From contig CAVZDU010000002.1 in assembly GCA_963774265.1 (NCBI GenBank), forward strand, positions 736,001 through 800,000: a stretch of 64,000 nt of DNA, in the 5' to 3' direction. This stretch comes from an uncultured Chloroflexia bacterium. Lineage in GTDB: Bacteria; Chloroflexota; Anaerolineae; CG2-30-64-16. A program made the translations under genes and the position numbers. The notes beneath the pieces are model-generated. The model saw only the letters and a program-made list of their open reading frames with translations, made no database searches and was not told the origin of the DNA. Positions 51,370 to 61,652 of this stretch are shown in pieces. The number at the start of each line of letters is the position of its first letter. The stretch's first letter is position 1.

Positions 51370-52992
51370 CTACGCCTTGAACGCGTTGATCAACCGCAAC
51401 TGATCGTAGACGCCGAAGCCGAACCCCTGGACGGACTTCTGTAGAGCAAACAGATCGTAACGGAAGGCAATGGGGGCAGCCCACATCTCTTCCATGAAGG
51501 TGGTGGCAGCTAACTTCATAGCAGCCTTCTGCTTTTCGACATCAAACAATGCATCGGTCTGGGTGATGCCGTCTACCCAACCTTTCGGCGGGATGCCGTC
51601 GGGGAAGACAGAGTTGTCGCTGACTGCGAAGTTGTTGCTCAACGTGATGCGAGTCGGGAACCACTGCGTGCCGCCAGCGAAGGAGAAAGTGGCCGTGTAC
51701 GTGCCATCGATTAGGATGGGGATCCACTGTGCCGCATCCATCGGCTGGATGGTGACCGTGCTGCCTATCTGAGCGAGGCTGGCCTTGAGTATCTCGGCGA
51801 ACTTGGCCAACTCCGGGAAGCTGTTGGGCGTCTCGATGTTGAACTCGATACCGTTCGGATAGCCGGCCTTGGTCAGCAGTTCCTTGGCTTTATCCAAGTT
51901 GTAGTCATACATTCCGTCGAATTCGGGGAAGTAGCCGGGAGAGAACTTCGGCCAGGGCGAAGTGATGGGATCAGAGAGATTGAAGAGAACGTTCTGACAC
52001 ATCGTCTCTCGGTCGAGCGCAAATGCCATGGCCTGACGCACTTCCTTCTTATCGAATGGCGGTTTCTTGGTCTGCATGCTCAGGAAGTAGAAGTTGGCCG
52101 CGTCCTGACCGCGCACGATGGTGAACTTATCCTTCAAGCGCTCGGTGTCGCTGGGCGGGATGTTCATGGCAATGTCGAGGGTGCCGCCTTCCAGTGCAGA
52201 GACCATGGCGGCGGCATCGCTGAAAATGTTGATGCGTGCAGTATCGAGCAATGGCTTGCCCTTGTCCCAGTAGTCAGGATTCTTGACCAGCGCAAGGTGG
52301 TCGTTGGGCACCCATTCCTTGACCTTGAAGGGGCCACTGCCGGCTGCCTGGCCTTTCAGGGAATCAAAGGCGCTGGGTTTGATCAAGGACATGAAGCCCA
52401 TCGCAGGCACGATGTACGCAGGCGGGCTAGAGAAGACGACGTCGATAATGTCGTTGCCACTCGCAGTGGCGCTCTTGACCGCCTTCCAGCTCTGATACTG
52501 GTGGCCAGCAGTGTCGATATTGGTCGCGCGCATTATGCACTTCACAACGTCGTCGGTCGTTGCCACCGTGCCATCATGGTACTTGATGCCCTGGCGCACC
52601 TTAAGCTTCATGCTCAAACCGTCGGCGCTGGGCGTCCATTCGGTGATGACACCCGGCGAGGGCTGCACGTTATTGTCCAAGCGCAGGAATTGATCGTAGA
52701 CGTTCTCGGTCATCGGGTAGTTAGCGAACGTCATCACAAAGGGATCGAGGTTGGTGAGATCACCCACAGTGCCCACGACAAGATTACCACCGCTGGTCGC
52801 GGCGACAGGTGCTGCAGTTGCGGCGGGAACAGCAGGAACAGTGGTCGCGGCTGCCGCCGGGGCCGAGGTGGCCTGGACGGCTGGAGCGGGAGCAGATGGT
52901 GCACAGGCGGCCACGACGGTCGTGGCCGCGAGAGCCGCACCCCCCTTCAGGAACTGTCGGCGACTGATCTTCGAACGTTGACTGAATGACAT
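51370..52992 (-). CDS. ABC substrate-binding lipoprotein, family 5, Tat signal
   Basis: SRRQFLK twin-arginine; VAAC lipobox; GSGPFK; VRQAMAFALDR. Confidence 0.95.
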   Translation of the reverse strand: MSFSQRSKISRRQFLKGGAALAATTVVAACAPSAPAPAVQATSAPAAAATTVPAVPAATAAPVAATSGGNLVVGTVGDLTNLDPFVMTFANYPMTENVYDQFLRLDNNVQPSPGVITEWTPSADGLSMKLKVRQGIKYHDGTVATTDDVVKCIMRATNIDTAGHQYQSWKAVKSATASGNDIIDVVFSSPPAYIVPAMGFMSLIKPSAFDSLKGQAAGSGPFKVKEWVPNDHLALVKNPDYWDKGKPLLDTARINIFSDAAAMVSALEGGTLDIAMNIPPSDTERLKDKFTIVRGQDAANFYFLSMQTKKPPFDKKEVRQAMAFALDRETMCQNVLFNLSDPITSPWPKFSPGYFPEFDGMYDYNLDKAKELLTKAGYPNGIEFNIETPNSFPELAKFAEILKASLAQIGSTVTIQPMDAAQWIPILIDGTYTATFSFAGGTQWFPTRITLSNNFAVSDNSVFPDGIPPKGWVDGITQTDALFDVEKQKAAMKLAATTFMEEMWAAPIAFRYDLFALQKSVQGFGFGVYDQLRLINAFKA

Positions 52993-53079
52993 AGGCCTCC
53001 TCCTAGAGAACCCTTGAATCTGCCGTTAAGCCGCCGTCAAGCGATGGCGGCCCCTGGACTCCGGATCGGCGAGTCACGG

Positions 53080-53847
53080 CTAATCGAAGCAGTTGTAGGC
53101 GTTGTACCCACCGTCAATTAGCAAACTGGCACCGGTTACGAAGCTACACTCGTCGGACGCAAAAAACACTGCTGCCGCTGCAACCTCACTAGGCTTGCCA
53201 GGCCGGCCAACTGGCGTCTCTCTGGCGATGGCAGTACTGACCTGTGCGGTGTCGAACAGATCCGAATTCTTCTCGACGCGCACGGGTCCCGGCGCCAGGC
53301 AGTTGACAACGATGCCGTATTCTGCGAGGTCTGCGGCCATGGCCTTGGTTAATAGCAGTACACCTCCTTTTGCCGCTACATAGGCGGCCGATGAACGCTC
53401 GGCAGCGAAGCTGTTGATCGAGCCAATGTTGATGATGCGACCCTGAATGCCTTGATCGACCATGGCGCGCGCTGCGGCCTGCCCGCAGAGAAACATCGAC
53501 GTCAGATTAGTCTCTATGACGCGGCCCCATGTCTCGAACGGCATATCCAGAAAATGTCCGTTGGCGCCCGTGATTCCCGCATTATTTACAAGGACATCCA
53601 CCCGTCCGAAGTGCTGTAAAGTGGTCTTGATCAGGGCCTCGGCCTCATCTGGTCGGCTGACGTCGGTCCGGACGAATATGGCCGTCCCGCCCTGTGCTCG
53701 GATGTCCATCGCGGTGGCCTCTCCCGAGGGACCATCGCGCTGGACGATAACGACGCGTGCTCCCTCGGCGCCAAACCGCAGCGAAATCCCGCGGCCGATA
53801 CCACGGCCACCGCCCGTCACGATCGCGACCTTGCCTTGCAGTCTCAT
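53080..53847 (-). CDS. Short-chain dehydrogenase/reductase
   Basis: TGGGRGIG; NNAG; YVAAK; IDGG. Confidence 0.95.
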   Translation of the reverse strand: MRLQGKVAIVTGGGRGIGRGISLRFGAEGARVVIVQRDGPSGEATAMDIRAQGGTAIFVRTDVSRPDEAEALIKTTLQHFGRVDVLVNNAGITGANGHFLDMPFETWGRVIETNLTSMFLCGQAAARAMVDQGIQGRIINIGSINSFAAERSSAAYVAAKGGVLLLTKAMAADLAEYGIVVNCLAPGPVRVEKNSDLFDTAQVSTAIARETPVGRPGKPSEVAAAAVFFASDECSFVTGASLLIDGGYNAYNCFD

Positions 53848-55346
53848 GTGTTCTCCTGCGGGTGAGCAGACGCCATCGACTCAGATAGCGCCAGGGCGTA
53901 TTCGCCAACCTGACGATAGAGCCGATACAGGCTGTCGTAGCGATCCGAAAGCTGCTCTTCGGGCAATATCACCTCGCCATCGGTGACTAGCTCCTGCATC
54001 CCATCCCGAATGCACGAGTAGATGCCACCAGCCACAGCCGCCACGATCATTGTGCCCAAGGCTGTCGGATCCGCCTGCCGCAAGACAATCAGGGGCAGCC
54101 GGTAAATCGATGCTCGCATCGCTGCCCAGCCGCGGTCATCGACGGTACCTGCGGCAACTCGCACCTCAGTTGGGCGCACGCCGACGCTCGCTAGAGTGTC
54201 CAGCAGGTGACGCAAAGAGAATGCCACGCCTTCATAGACCGCTCGCAGCATATCAGCCCGCTTGTGGCCCATATTCAGACCCGCAAACGCGCCGCGCAAC
54301 CCAGGTGCCCAGGTAGGAGAGCGTTCACCCGCCAGGTAGGGTAGGAATAGCAGGGGCTCGCCATTGCGAGTACCCTCCGGGACCTGCCCTGGCTCATCCA
54401 GCTCCGTAAAGATACGAGTGGCCCACCTCAGCGCGCTTCCCGCACTGCTGGTGGAACCTCCCAATACCCAGCAGCCTGGAACCAGGTACGGGTAAAGCTC
54501 GAGTCCAGCAGCCCAGTTCATCTGAACCCTATCAGTGCACATCAGCAGCGAGCCGGTGCTGCCCAGATGTTCGTATGCGATGCCCGGCGAGAGCAGACCA
54601 GCACCGACCAGTTCGATATCGTCTCCGGCACCGACGGCTACTGGTGTGCCGGCACGCAATCCGAGCGCCTGCGCAGGCTCGGCGAGCAGAGCTCCGGCTA
54701 CCGTCTCGGCGGGCAGCACGGGCGGCAATCGGTCAAGATCAACTCCTGCGGCATCCACTAACTCGGACGACCACTGTGCGGTGCGGACATCAGCCAGCCC
54801 GGTGGCTGCGGCGTCCAGAGGATCGGTCGCCGCCTGGCCCGTGAGACATAACCGAACATAGTCCTTACATGCCAGGAAATAGCGCGTCTGGCTGAAAAGC
54901 TTCGCCTCATGGCGTTGCAGCCACAGCAGCTTTGCTATCGGCAGGCTGGCGTCCAGCCACTCGCCGCTGATGGCGTAAATCTTCGCGCCGCCCTCCCAGT
55001 CTCTGGACAGGGTACGCGCCTCAGCCACGCTCCGTCGGTCGTTGAGGGTCATACACGGTCGTAAAGGCTGACCCCACGCATCCACGCACACCAACCCGTG
55101 CATCTGACCAGTGACGCCGATAATGGCCAGCCGGCCCGCGATATCGTCAATTCGCTGATGCAGCTGGCCCACGGAACTAATCACGGCCTCCCACCACTCC
55201 TCGGGCGACTGCTCGGCCTGATCAGTCGCGGGATAGTACGTCTCATACGGCGCCGTCGCACGCGCCAGTTCCTCACCTCGCAGAGTGAACAAGGTGCTCT
55301 TGCAACTGCTTGTGCCCAGGTCAATCGTTAAAATCAGCTTGGTCAT
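53844..55346 (-). CDS. FGGY-family carbohydrate kinase (xylulokinase-like)
   Basis: IDLGTSSCK; TGQMHG; FLPYLAGERSP; RAVYEGVAF. Confidence 0.9.
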   Translation of the reverse strand: MTKLILTIDLGTSSCKSTLFTLRGEELARATAPYETYYPATDQAEQSPEEWWEAVISSVGQLHQRIDDIAGRLAIIGVTGQMHGLVCVDAWGQPLRPCMTLNDRRSVAEARTLSRDWEGGAKIYAISGEWLDASLPIAKLLWLQRHEAKLFSQTRYFLACKDYVRLCLTGQAATDPLDAAATGLADVRTAQWSSELVDAAGVDLDRLPPVLPAETVAGALLAEPAQALGLRAGTPVAVGAGDDIELVGAGLLSPGIAYEHLGSTGSLLMCTDRVQMNWAAGLELYPYLVPGCWVLGGSTSSAGSALRWATRIFTELDEPGQVPEGTRNGEPLLFLPYLAGERSPTWAPGLRGAFAGLNMGHKRADMLRAVYEGVAFSLRHLLDTLASVGVRPTEVRVAAGTVDDRGWAAMRASIYRLPLIVLRQADPTALGTMIVAAVAGGIYSCIRDGMQELVTDGEVILPEEQLSDRYDSLYRLYRQVGEYALALSESMASAHPQENT

Positions 55347-56587
55347 CACAACATCCACGTGTAGTGAATCATCTGAAAAGATCCGCTCAACTCGGCCACG
55401 CGTGGCGTTATCTCCTGCGGCGTACGCTCCCCCCTGACGACGGAGGTAATGCAATCGGCTACTTCGGCCATCTCGGCCTCACGCATGCCAAGCCTCGTAA
55501 CCTCTTGAACGCCAACACGAATGCCTTCACCGCCGCGCTCTGTCGGCAGGTGCATGGAAGTGGTTATGATGTTGGCTGCTTCAAGCCGCGCCGCCACATC
55601 GACACCGGTACCAAACTGCCCAACCTCCAGCAGCAAGGTGTGCGACAGTGTGGACTGGTGATCGAATGTGAGCACCGGCACCCCGAGCTGCTTTAGCTCG
55701 CTCGCCAATGCTTGGGCGTTGGCAATAATCTGGTCTGCATACGCACCGCCCCATTGCAGCATCTCAAGTAGGGCCAGCCCCAGCGCAGGAATGCGAAACG
55801 GATGATGGTTGGTCACGATGGCCGGATAGACGGCCCGGCTGATTTGATCCATCAGCATCCGGTCGTTCGATACAATCAGCCCGCCTTGGGGACCGGGAAA
55901 GGTTTTGTGCGTGCTACCGAACATCACCTGTGCACCCTCGCGCAGCGGGTCCTGAAAACGACCAGCCGCAATCAGGCCCAGCACATGGGAGGCGTCGTAG
56001 ACGAGCAGTGTGTCAGGTAACGCGCGCGTGACTTCGGCTAACGCCCGCACCGGATGGGGGAAGAGGAAGGCGGACGAGCCGATGATCACGAGCCGCGGTT
56101 GAACCCGGCGGATCATGTCGCAGGTCCGTTGAAGGTCCAGGTTGAAACGAGCGCCGGAAAAGGGTAGAAACTGCACGTCGAGGGAGATGAGCTTGGCATA
56201 GCACAGCTTGGATGCCAGCCGATGTCCCCCGCCGTCGCTGCCGATCTCCAGCACCACATCGCCGGGCTTGGCCAGCCCCATCACCACCCCGGCGCCTGCC
56301 ACATGGCCCGAGATCGCGCGCAGCTCTACTTCCGACGCGCCAAACACCTGCGTGGCCAAATCGGTCACACCTTCTTCAAGGGTCTGCAGATAGCGATTGC
56401 CTCGATACTTGCGCGCCGCCGGGTCGCGACCGTTGTAGTCGCCGTAGCGCTGGATCAGGTCACTGTTGAGAGCGCCGCGCACTGCCGGGCTCAGGCGGTT
56501 TTCGGATGCGATCAGATTGAGACTTTGGTAGCGCAAATGCTCGTGCAGATTGAGCAGACCATAGATATCATCGTGCGTGAGAGCCAT
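55346..56587 (-). CDS. Divergent SHMT-fold PLP enzyme (possible folate-independent aldolase/transaldolase)
   Basis: LNLIASEN; DASH; STHKTFPGPQGG; GIRVG. Has YGDY where canonical SHMT has YAEG. Confidence 0.8.
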   Translation of the reverse strand: MALTHDDIYGLLNLHEHLRYQSLNLIASENRLSPAVRGALNSDLIQRYGDYNGRDPAARKYRGNRYLQTLEEGVTDLATQVFGASEVELRAISGHVAGAGVVMGLAKPGDVVLEIGSDGGGHRLASKLCYAKLISLDVQFLPFSGARFNLDLQRTCDMIRRVQPRLVIIGSSAFLFPHPVRALAEVTRALPDTLLVYDASHVLGLIAAGRFQDPLREGAQVMFGSTHKTFPGPQGGLIVSNDRMLMDQISRAVYPAIVTNHHPFRIPALGLALLEMLQWGGAYADQIIANAQALASELKQLGVPVLTFDHQSTLSHTLLLEVGQFGTGVDVAARLEAANIITTSMHLPTERGGEGIRVGVQEVTRLGMREAEMAEVADCITSVVRGERTPQEITPRVAELSGSFQMIHYTWML

Positions 56588-56601
56588 GGTGTATATCCTC
56601 G

Positions 56602-57343
56602 TCAGAGTGCGCTGGGAGGGATGCGCAGGCTACGCACCACTTCAGCGGCCCGGTGAATATGATGTTGCCCTTCACGCATTGTGAACATCAAGTGACCGGG
56701 CAAGAGCGCATCCACAGCTAAACCGTCCAACTGGAGGATGGTGGTACAGTATTCCTCCAAATCGCAGTCAGGAAGATTCTGCAGCAGGATTCGGCCCTCG
56801 CAGAAGACGCTGTCGCCGGCAAACAGACAACTCAACCCGCCTACCTCACCGTACCATGCTACGTGGCCGCGGCTGTGACCAGGGCTGGACAGCGCGGTCA
56901 GGCCGACACTGCCTACGTGGATCATATTCCCTTGGGGCACTATCTGAACGGTCGGGCAGGACTGAAGCACATAATCGGGAGGATAAACTCCCGCCGCGCG
57001 CGGCGGCCAAACCGGTGGCATTTTCGTCCGCCGTCCGAATTGCCTGTGCAACATGTGGCGATGCTACGACAGCTGCCCCTGTAGCCGCGTGCCAACCCGC
57101 TGCGCCGCCCGCATGGTCAGCATGAGCATGAGTTAAGAGGACATAGCGAATGCTGCCTGGGTCGAGTCCGTCGGCCAGCAGATTCGCTACGACCTGAGCC
57201 TGCCCCAGTCCGCATCCGGCATCGATCAGAGCGATCTCGCCCTGATCGGCAACCGCGTAGATATGACAATCGAGCGCATTCGATAGCCCGAAACCAAGCG
57301 GCGTACCACTGCCTACCAGGTACAGACTTGCGCTGAGTCGCAT
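56602..57343 (-). CDS. Metallo-beta-lactamase-fold hydrolase (frameshift near 57000)
   Basis: THAHADH; PGHSRGH; FAGD; LPGH, split over two frames. Confidence 0.85.
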
Positions 57344-57356
57344 GCCTCGTAGCCCT

Positions 57357-58349
57357 CTAAACTGCGGCCGGAACAGCCGGCATATCGCCCGCGGCCAGCA
57401 CAAACGTCGCGGGGTCCCCCGCATACACCGGCGGGTAAGTGCGCAGGCCCAGTACCCAGCCATCGCACGGCGCAGCCAGACAGGCCAGCGAGCGGCCCTG
57501 CCAGTCGTACACCTGCGCCAGTTCGTCGCCTGCTCGCACTGACTGATTTAGTGCCACATGGTTCTCGAGGTAACCTGACACGGGTGCCTGAAGCCAGTCG
57601 CCCGTCACCCGCCGCGGCGCAGGAAAATCCGTCGCCCTGCCGGGAAGCACACCCCAGACGCGCAACACATTCAGCGCGGACTGTCGGTAGCGTTCCACAT
57701 TGTCGGCTTCGCAACGGGCACCCCCACCAAGCTCGGCGCCGACCGCGGGTATCCCCGCCTCAATGGCTGCGTAGCTCAGCACGCCGTGGCGATGAGGCAC
57801 GCTCCAGGCGTTATCCAGTCCTAACGCTACGGCCGCACTCAGGCTAAGGCGGTTGATCTCACCACTGCCGGCGTAATAGCAGGCCAGCGGTGAGTGCAGC
57901 AGGCGGACGCCGCCCGTATGAAAATCGACCAGAAGGTCGGCGCCAGGCAAAAGGTAGTGCGTCACCTGGAAAGCCAGGCGCTCACTGAACGATCCGTCAG
58001 GGTTGCCCGGGAAGAGCCGGTTGAGATTCTGCGCGTCGATTGGGCTGCTACGCCAGGCGCCGTTGTAGGCGGGTGGATTGAGCAGCGGGACAATCACTGC
58101 AGTGCCTGATAGCTCTGCCGCGTCCAACTCGTGGCAAATCCGCGTCAGAGCGCGCACCCCCTCAAACTCGTCGCCATGCACACCTGCCGTGAATAACACA
58201 CGGGGGTGGCGGGCACGACCGGAAAGAATAGACACCGGGATTTCGATAGGCATGCCATCTGGTGCACGTCCCACAGACAGCCGCAGGTGGGTGGCGCGAT
58301 TCAGTGGCAGGGCGTCGGTGTCCAGGGCTGACAAGGGCATTTCGGTCAT
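57357..58349 (-). CDS. Succinylglutamate desuccinylase/aspartoacylase-family deacylase
   Basis: GVHGDE; NLNRLFPG; DFHTG; ELGG. Confidence 0.9.
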   Translation of the reverse strand: MTEMPLSALDTDALPLNRATHLRLSVGRAPDGMPIEIPVSILSGRARHPRVLFTAGVHGDEFEGVRALTRICHELDAAELSGTAVIVPLLNPPAYNGAWRSSPIDAQNLNRLFPGNPDGSFSERLAFQVTHYLLPGADLLVDFHTGGVRLLHSPLACYYAGSGEINRLSLSAAVALGLDNAWSVPHRHGVLSYAAIEAGIPAVGAELGGGARCEADNVERYRQSALNVLRVWGVLPGRATDFPAPRRVTGDWLQAPVSGYLENHVALNQSVRAGDELAQVYDWQGRSLACLAAPCDGWVLGLRTYPPVYAGDPATFVLAAGDMPAVPAAV

Positions 58350-59155
58350 CTCAGATGCACCTGATGATCAATGCGCTGCTGCTCAGACAAGGCACGGAAC
58401 TCAGTCGCTACCTGCACCAACGCATCAACTGCATAACCGACGATGCGCTCGCCCTTAGCCGGTGTAGCCAGCGAAGGACGGCCGTTGACGCCTGAGTCCG
58501 ACATCCTGCTCCACCAGTTCATAAACTGTACCGCGTTGCTGCCGCCCATTTGCGGGTAGAGCCAGGTGGGTCCGCCCCGGTCGCGGGCGACCTCATCGCG
58601 AATCTGATCCAGCTTAACCAGGTCGCCGGCCAAGTATTCATACACCGAGGTTTCAAACTCGCATGCGTGGTCCACGCTCTCGGGCAACCCTTGACACACC
58701 TCTTCAATAACAGGCCAAGCCAAGTCCCACCAGTTGATGGTGGCAGCCAGCAACGATGTGCGATTGGTTATCTTGCGCGCAGCCAGATTATAGACCGGGC
58801 CATTACTCCCATGCCCATTGAAGAACAGTAGACGCTCGAAACCTTGTGCTGCGAAGCTTTGTCCCACTTCAAACGCATAGTTGAGCAAAGTTTCGATCTG
58901 CACCGTGATCGTGCCGGGAAAATCCATATTGTGCTCGTTGAAACCGTAGTGAATAGGTGGTGCGCAAAGAAGAATACCGGAGGCTTTCGCGGCGGCTAGT
59001 TCCGCTACGCTATTGACGGCAAGATTGTCGGTGTTGATCGGGAGATGCGGGCCGTGCTGCTCGATGGCACCCACGGGGATGACGACGACTCGCCGATCGG
59101 CGACAGCTTCGGCCACCTCCTCCCAGGTCATGTTGGCATATAGGTGTTTTTTCAC
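58346..59155 (-). CDS. Creatininase-family amidohydrolase
   Basis: GAIEQHGPHLP..TD; NGHGSN; HACEFETS. Confidence 0.9.
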   Translation of the reverse strand: MKKHLYANMTWEEVAEAVADRRVVVIPVGAIEQHGPHLPINTDNLAVNSVAELAAAKASGILLCAPPIHYGFNEHNMDFPGTITVQIETLLNYAFEVGQSFAAQGFERLLFFNGHGSNGPVYNLAARKITNRTSLLAATINWWDLAWPVIEEVCQGLPESVDHACEFETSVYEYLAGDLVKLDQIRDEVARDRGGPTWLYPQMGGSNAVQFMNWWSRMSDSGVNGRPSLATPAKGERIVGYAVDALVQVATEFRALSEQQRIDHQVHLR

Positions 59156-59193
59156 GCATTGCTCCTCTGCAATTGGAAATTCACCCTAACACG

Positions 59194-59946
59194 TTATCTG
59201 GGCAGAATTACTCCTCGGGGGGCATTGCCGGAGGATCGAGGGTCACCTCGCAAAGCCTCGGCTCGCGCATCGGACTCCTCCATTTGATGAGCCGCGACGA
59301 CATCCAGATGTTCCAGCATCAAGCGGCGTGCCCTCTCAGGATCACAGTCACGCACTGCCTGGTAGATCGCGTCATGTTGGGCTACATCGCCCTCGTCCGG
59401 CAGGTGGGGGTCGTTACGGTAAAAACGCCCGATCATGCCGGAAACATCAGCGAGCGCTGTGTTGCGGGCGGCGCGCGCCAGCGCAGTGTGGAAACCAAGG
59501 TCTTCGGCGGGCCGCACGTGGCGAAGGATGCCGGCCGCCAGAGCGACGACACAGCGCTGAAGTTCCGCCAGATCCGAATCGTTGCGGCGAACAGCGGCCA
59601 GAGCCGCTACCTCAGGCTCAATAATTCGGCGGAACTCGATCAAATCGAGGAGGAGCGTGTTGCGATCCTCGCTCATTAGGCCGTCCAAATTGCGCAGGGG
59701 GCCCAGCAACATGTCCTGCACGTAGATGCCTTTGCCCGGGAGCACCTGTACGGCGCCCAGGGCGGCGAGGGTTTTGATGGCTTCTCGGATGGGGGTGCGG
59801 CTCACGCAAAACAACGTCGCAAGTTCGCCTTCGGGTGGCACCTGGTCTCCGGGGGCGAGGCCGCGCTCGGCGACCATCATCATGATCTGTTCAGCGATTT
59901 CTTGCGAGAGCTTCTTGCGTTTGATACCGCTTGTGGTCTGTATCAT
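59194..59946 (-). CDS. FadR/GntR-family transcriptional regulator
   Basis: PPEGELATLFCVSRTPIREA; FCD domain with FHTALA. Confidence 0.95.
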   Translation of the reverse strand: MIQTTSGIKRKKLSQEIAEQIMMMVAERGLAPGDQVPPEGELATLFCVSRTPIREAIKTLAALGAVQVLPGKGIYVQDMLLGPLRNLDGLMSEDRNTLLLDLIEFRRIIEPEVAALAAVRRNDSDLAELQRCVVALAAGILRHVRPAEDLGFHTALARAARNTALADVSGMIGRFYRNDPHLPDEGDVAQHDAIYQAVRDCDPERARRLMLEHLDVVAAHQMEESDARAEALRGDPRSSGNAPRGVILPR

Positions 59947-60038
59947 AGGATCTCGCTCATAGGGGCGTTCAGATTTAACGAATCTCGCGGGCCACATCGA
60001 ACAAATGCGAGTTTGATGATAAACGGATTCCCACGAAT

Positions 60039-60077
60039 GCTGTATGATATCATACAGCCAAACCTCCCTTTTGTCAA
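60039..60077 (-). promoter_or_regulatory. Promoter overlapped by a perfect 20-bp palindromic operator
   Basis: Minus strand TTGACA, 17 bp, TATGAT; GCTGTATGATATCATACAGC at 60039-60058. Confidence 0.8.
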
Positions 60078-60082
60078 GAGGG

Positions 60083-61258
60083 TTACGATCCCAAAAGCAT
60101 AAAAGGCTTCCGGAATTGGACGCCTTGCGAGCGGCCGCCATATCGATGACCGGCTTCGACAAGGGCTAGTATGTTTTCCGGAGGCACCTCGGGCAGAACG
60201 TTATGGACCGGCGCGACGACGTAGCCGCCATCCGTGGCTAACGTTTCTATCAGACTACGTACCGCGTTGGCCACGTCGCTCGGGCTGCCGTGCGGCAGCA
60301 GTTGCTGCGTATCTACACCACCCCAGAAACACACATAGCCGCCAAACTCGCGCTTGAGTCGCGTGGGTTCCATGTGTGCAGCAGACACCTGCACAGGGTT
60401 CAGGCCGTCAATGCCAATGTCGATTAGATCGGGGATGGCCCAGTCAACCGAGCCACAACTGTGGAAGAGGATCTTAGCTTGGCTGCATCTGCGGATTTCG
60501 GCTAGCAACCGGGCGTGGCACGGCTTGATCAGGCGGCGGTAGGTCTCAGGCCGCAGCAACGGTCCATCCTGCCCCGAGAAATCATCGGCAATCAGTACCA
60601 GATCAACATCCGCCGCCAGAGCAGTCATGAGGGGTGCTATCGTAGCTAGGTAGATATCGGTGACGCGATCCAGCAAGGCGGCAAACAGACGTTGGTTGCC
60701 GGCCGCATCCATCAGCCAGTTTTCAAAGCCGCGCAGGTTCTGTGCAGTATGGACAATAGAAGCCGCGGAGTTGAGGCAGATAGCGCAGCTGCTAGTGGCA
60801 CGCAAATCGTGGGCACTGGCTGCTAGCGCGGCTACCGGCTCGAGGATGGAGGGGTCAGGCCAATTGTGCTGCTGCAGATCCGCCGGAGCTTCCGCGTTGG
60901 CGAGTGGTGAGCGATGTACATAATACAGCCCGGTCGCGCCCTGATGCCACTCCACCCCGAAAGCATCGATAAGGTGCGGAGCGCTCAGTTCTGCCGGCAT
61001 GGGAGAGGGATAGGGTGCGCAGATGTAGCGAACGTCCGGCTCAATGAAGCGGTACAGCCATTCGGGCATCTTCGCGAGCTGGCCCAGGTAATAGCTCCAT
61101 TCGAGAGGGCCGGGCCTACCCAGGTAGTTCACTAGGCGGGTACACGCGATCATGTTGAGCCCGCTGACGTTCGTGCCGCCAATGTCCAGCGGCACGATGT
61201 CGGTTGTCCGGCAGGAGAGCGCGGCCAGGATGCGCTCGCGTGGCGTTTGCGATTTCAT
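60083..61258 (-). CDS. Uroporphyrinogen-decarboxylase/MtaA-family protein
   Basis: TPRERI; ADDF; FHSCG; FWGGVDTQ; PVHNV. Confidence 0.9.
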   Translation of the reverse strand: MKSQTPRERILAALSCRTTDIVPLDIGGTNVSGLNMIACTRLVNYLGRPGPLEWSYYLGQLAKMPEWLYRFIEPDVRYICAPYPSPMPAELSAPHLIDAFGVEWHQGATGLYYVHRSPLANAEAPADLQQHNWPDPSILEPVAALAASAHDLRATSSCAICLNSAASIVHTAQNLRGFENWLMDAAGNQRLFAALLDRVTDIYLATIAPLMTALAADVDLVLIADDFSGQDGPLLRPETYRRLIKPCHARLLAEIRRCSQAKILFHSCGSVDWAIPDLIDIGIDGLNPVQVSAAHMEPTRLKREFGGYVCFWGGVDTQQLLPHGSPSDVANAVRSLIETLATDGGYVVAPVHNVLPEVPPENILALVEAGHRYGGRSQGVQFRKPFMLLGS

Positions 61259-61652
61259 AGAGCATACTCCTCGCGTGGTGGGCGCGAACAGCTGTGATGC
61301 CGCACAACGAACTAGGACCAGCCGGCGCGGCAAAGCGGGCAGCCGTATTAGATTGAGTGACCTCTCTGATCGTCGGCTGGGGTCTCGACCAGCAGGCCTA
61401 GTTGGCGGGCGCTCAACTCAGGAACGGTGTATAGCGAGCCGCCGAGGCCGTCGCGACCGGCCAGCACCGAGCTTGCCATAATAATGACACTCTCGACCAA
61501 AGGCGTAGGCCAGTCGCGATCAGAGAGACGCGCGTAAACCATGTCGCCGACTGGCCGCCGGCTGCGCGGGTAGGAGACGCCGTGCCGCCCCGGTCACCCT
61601 TACCGGTCTACGGGGACGAGGCAGCGCAAACAGCGGGTGGGAGGAAGCTGGA

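Noticed and set aside
61340-61650. GC-rich intergenic stretch as a riboswitch or ncRNA
   Set aside because: No recognisable conserved motif by eye; it would need an Rfam search.
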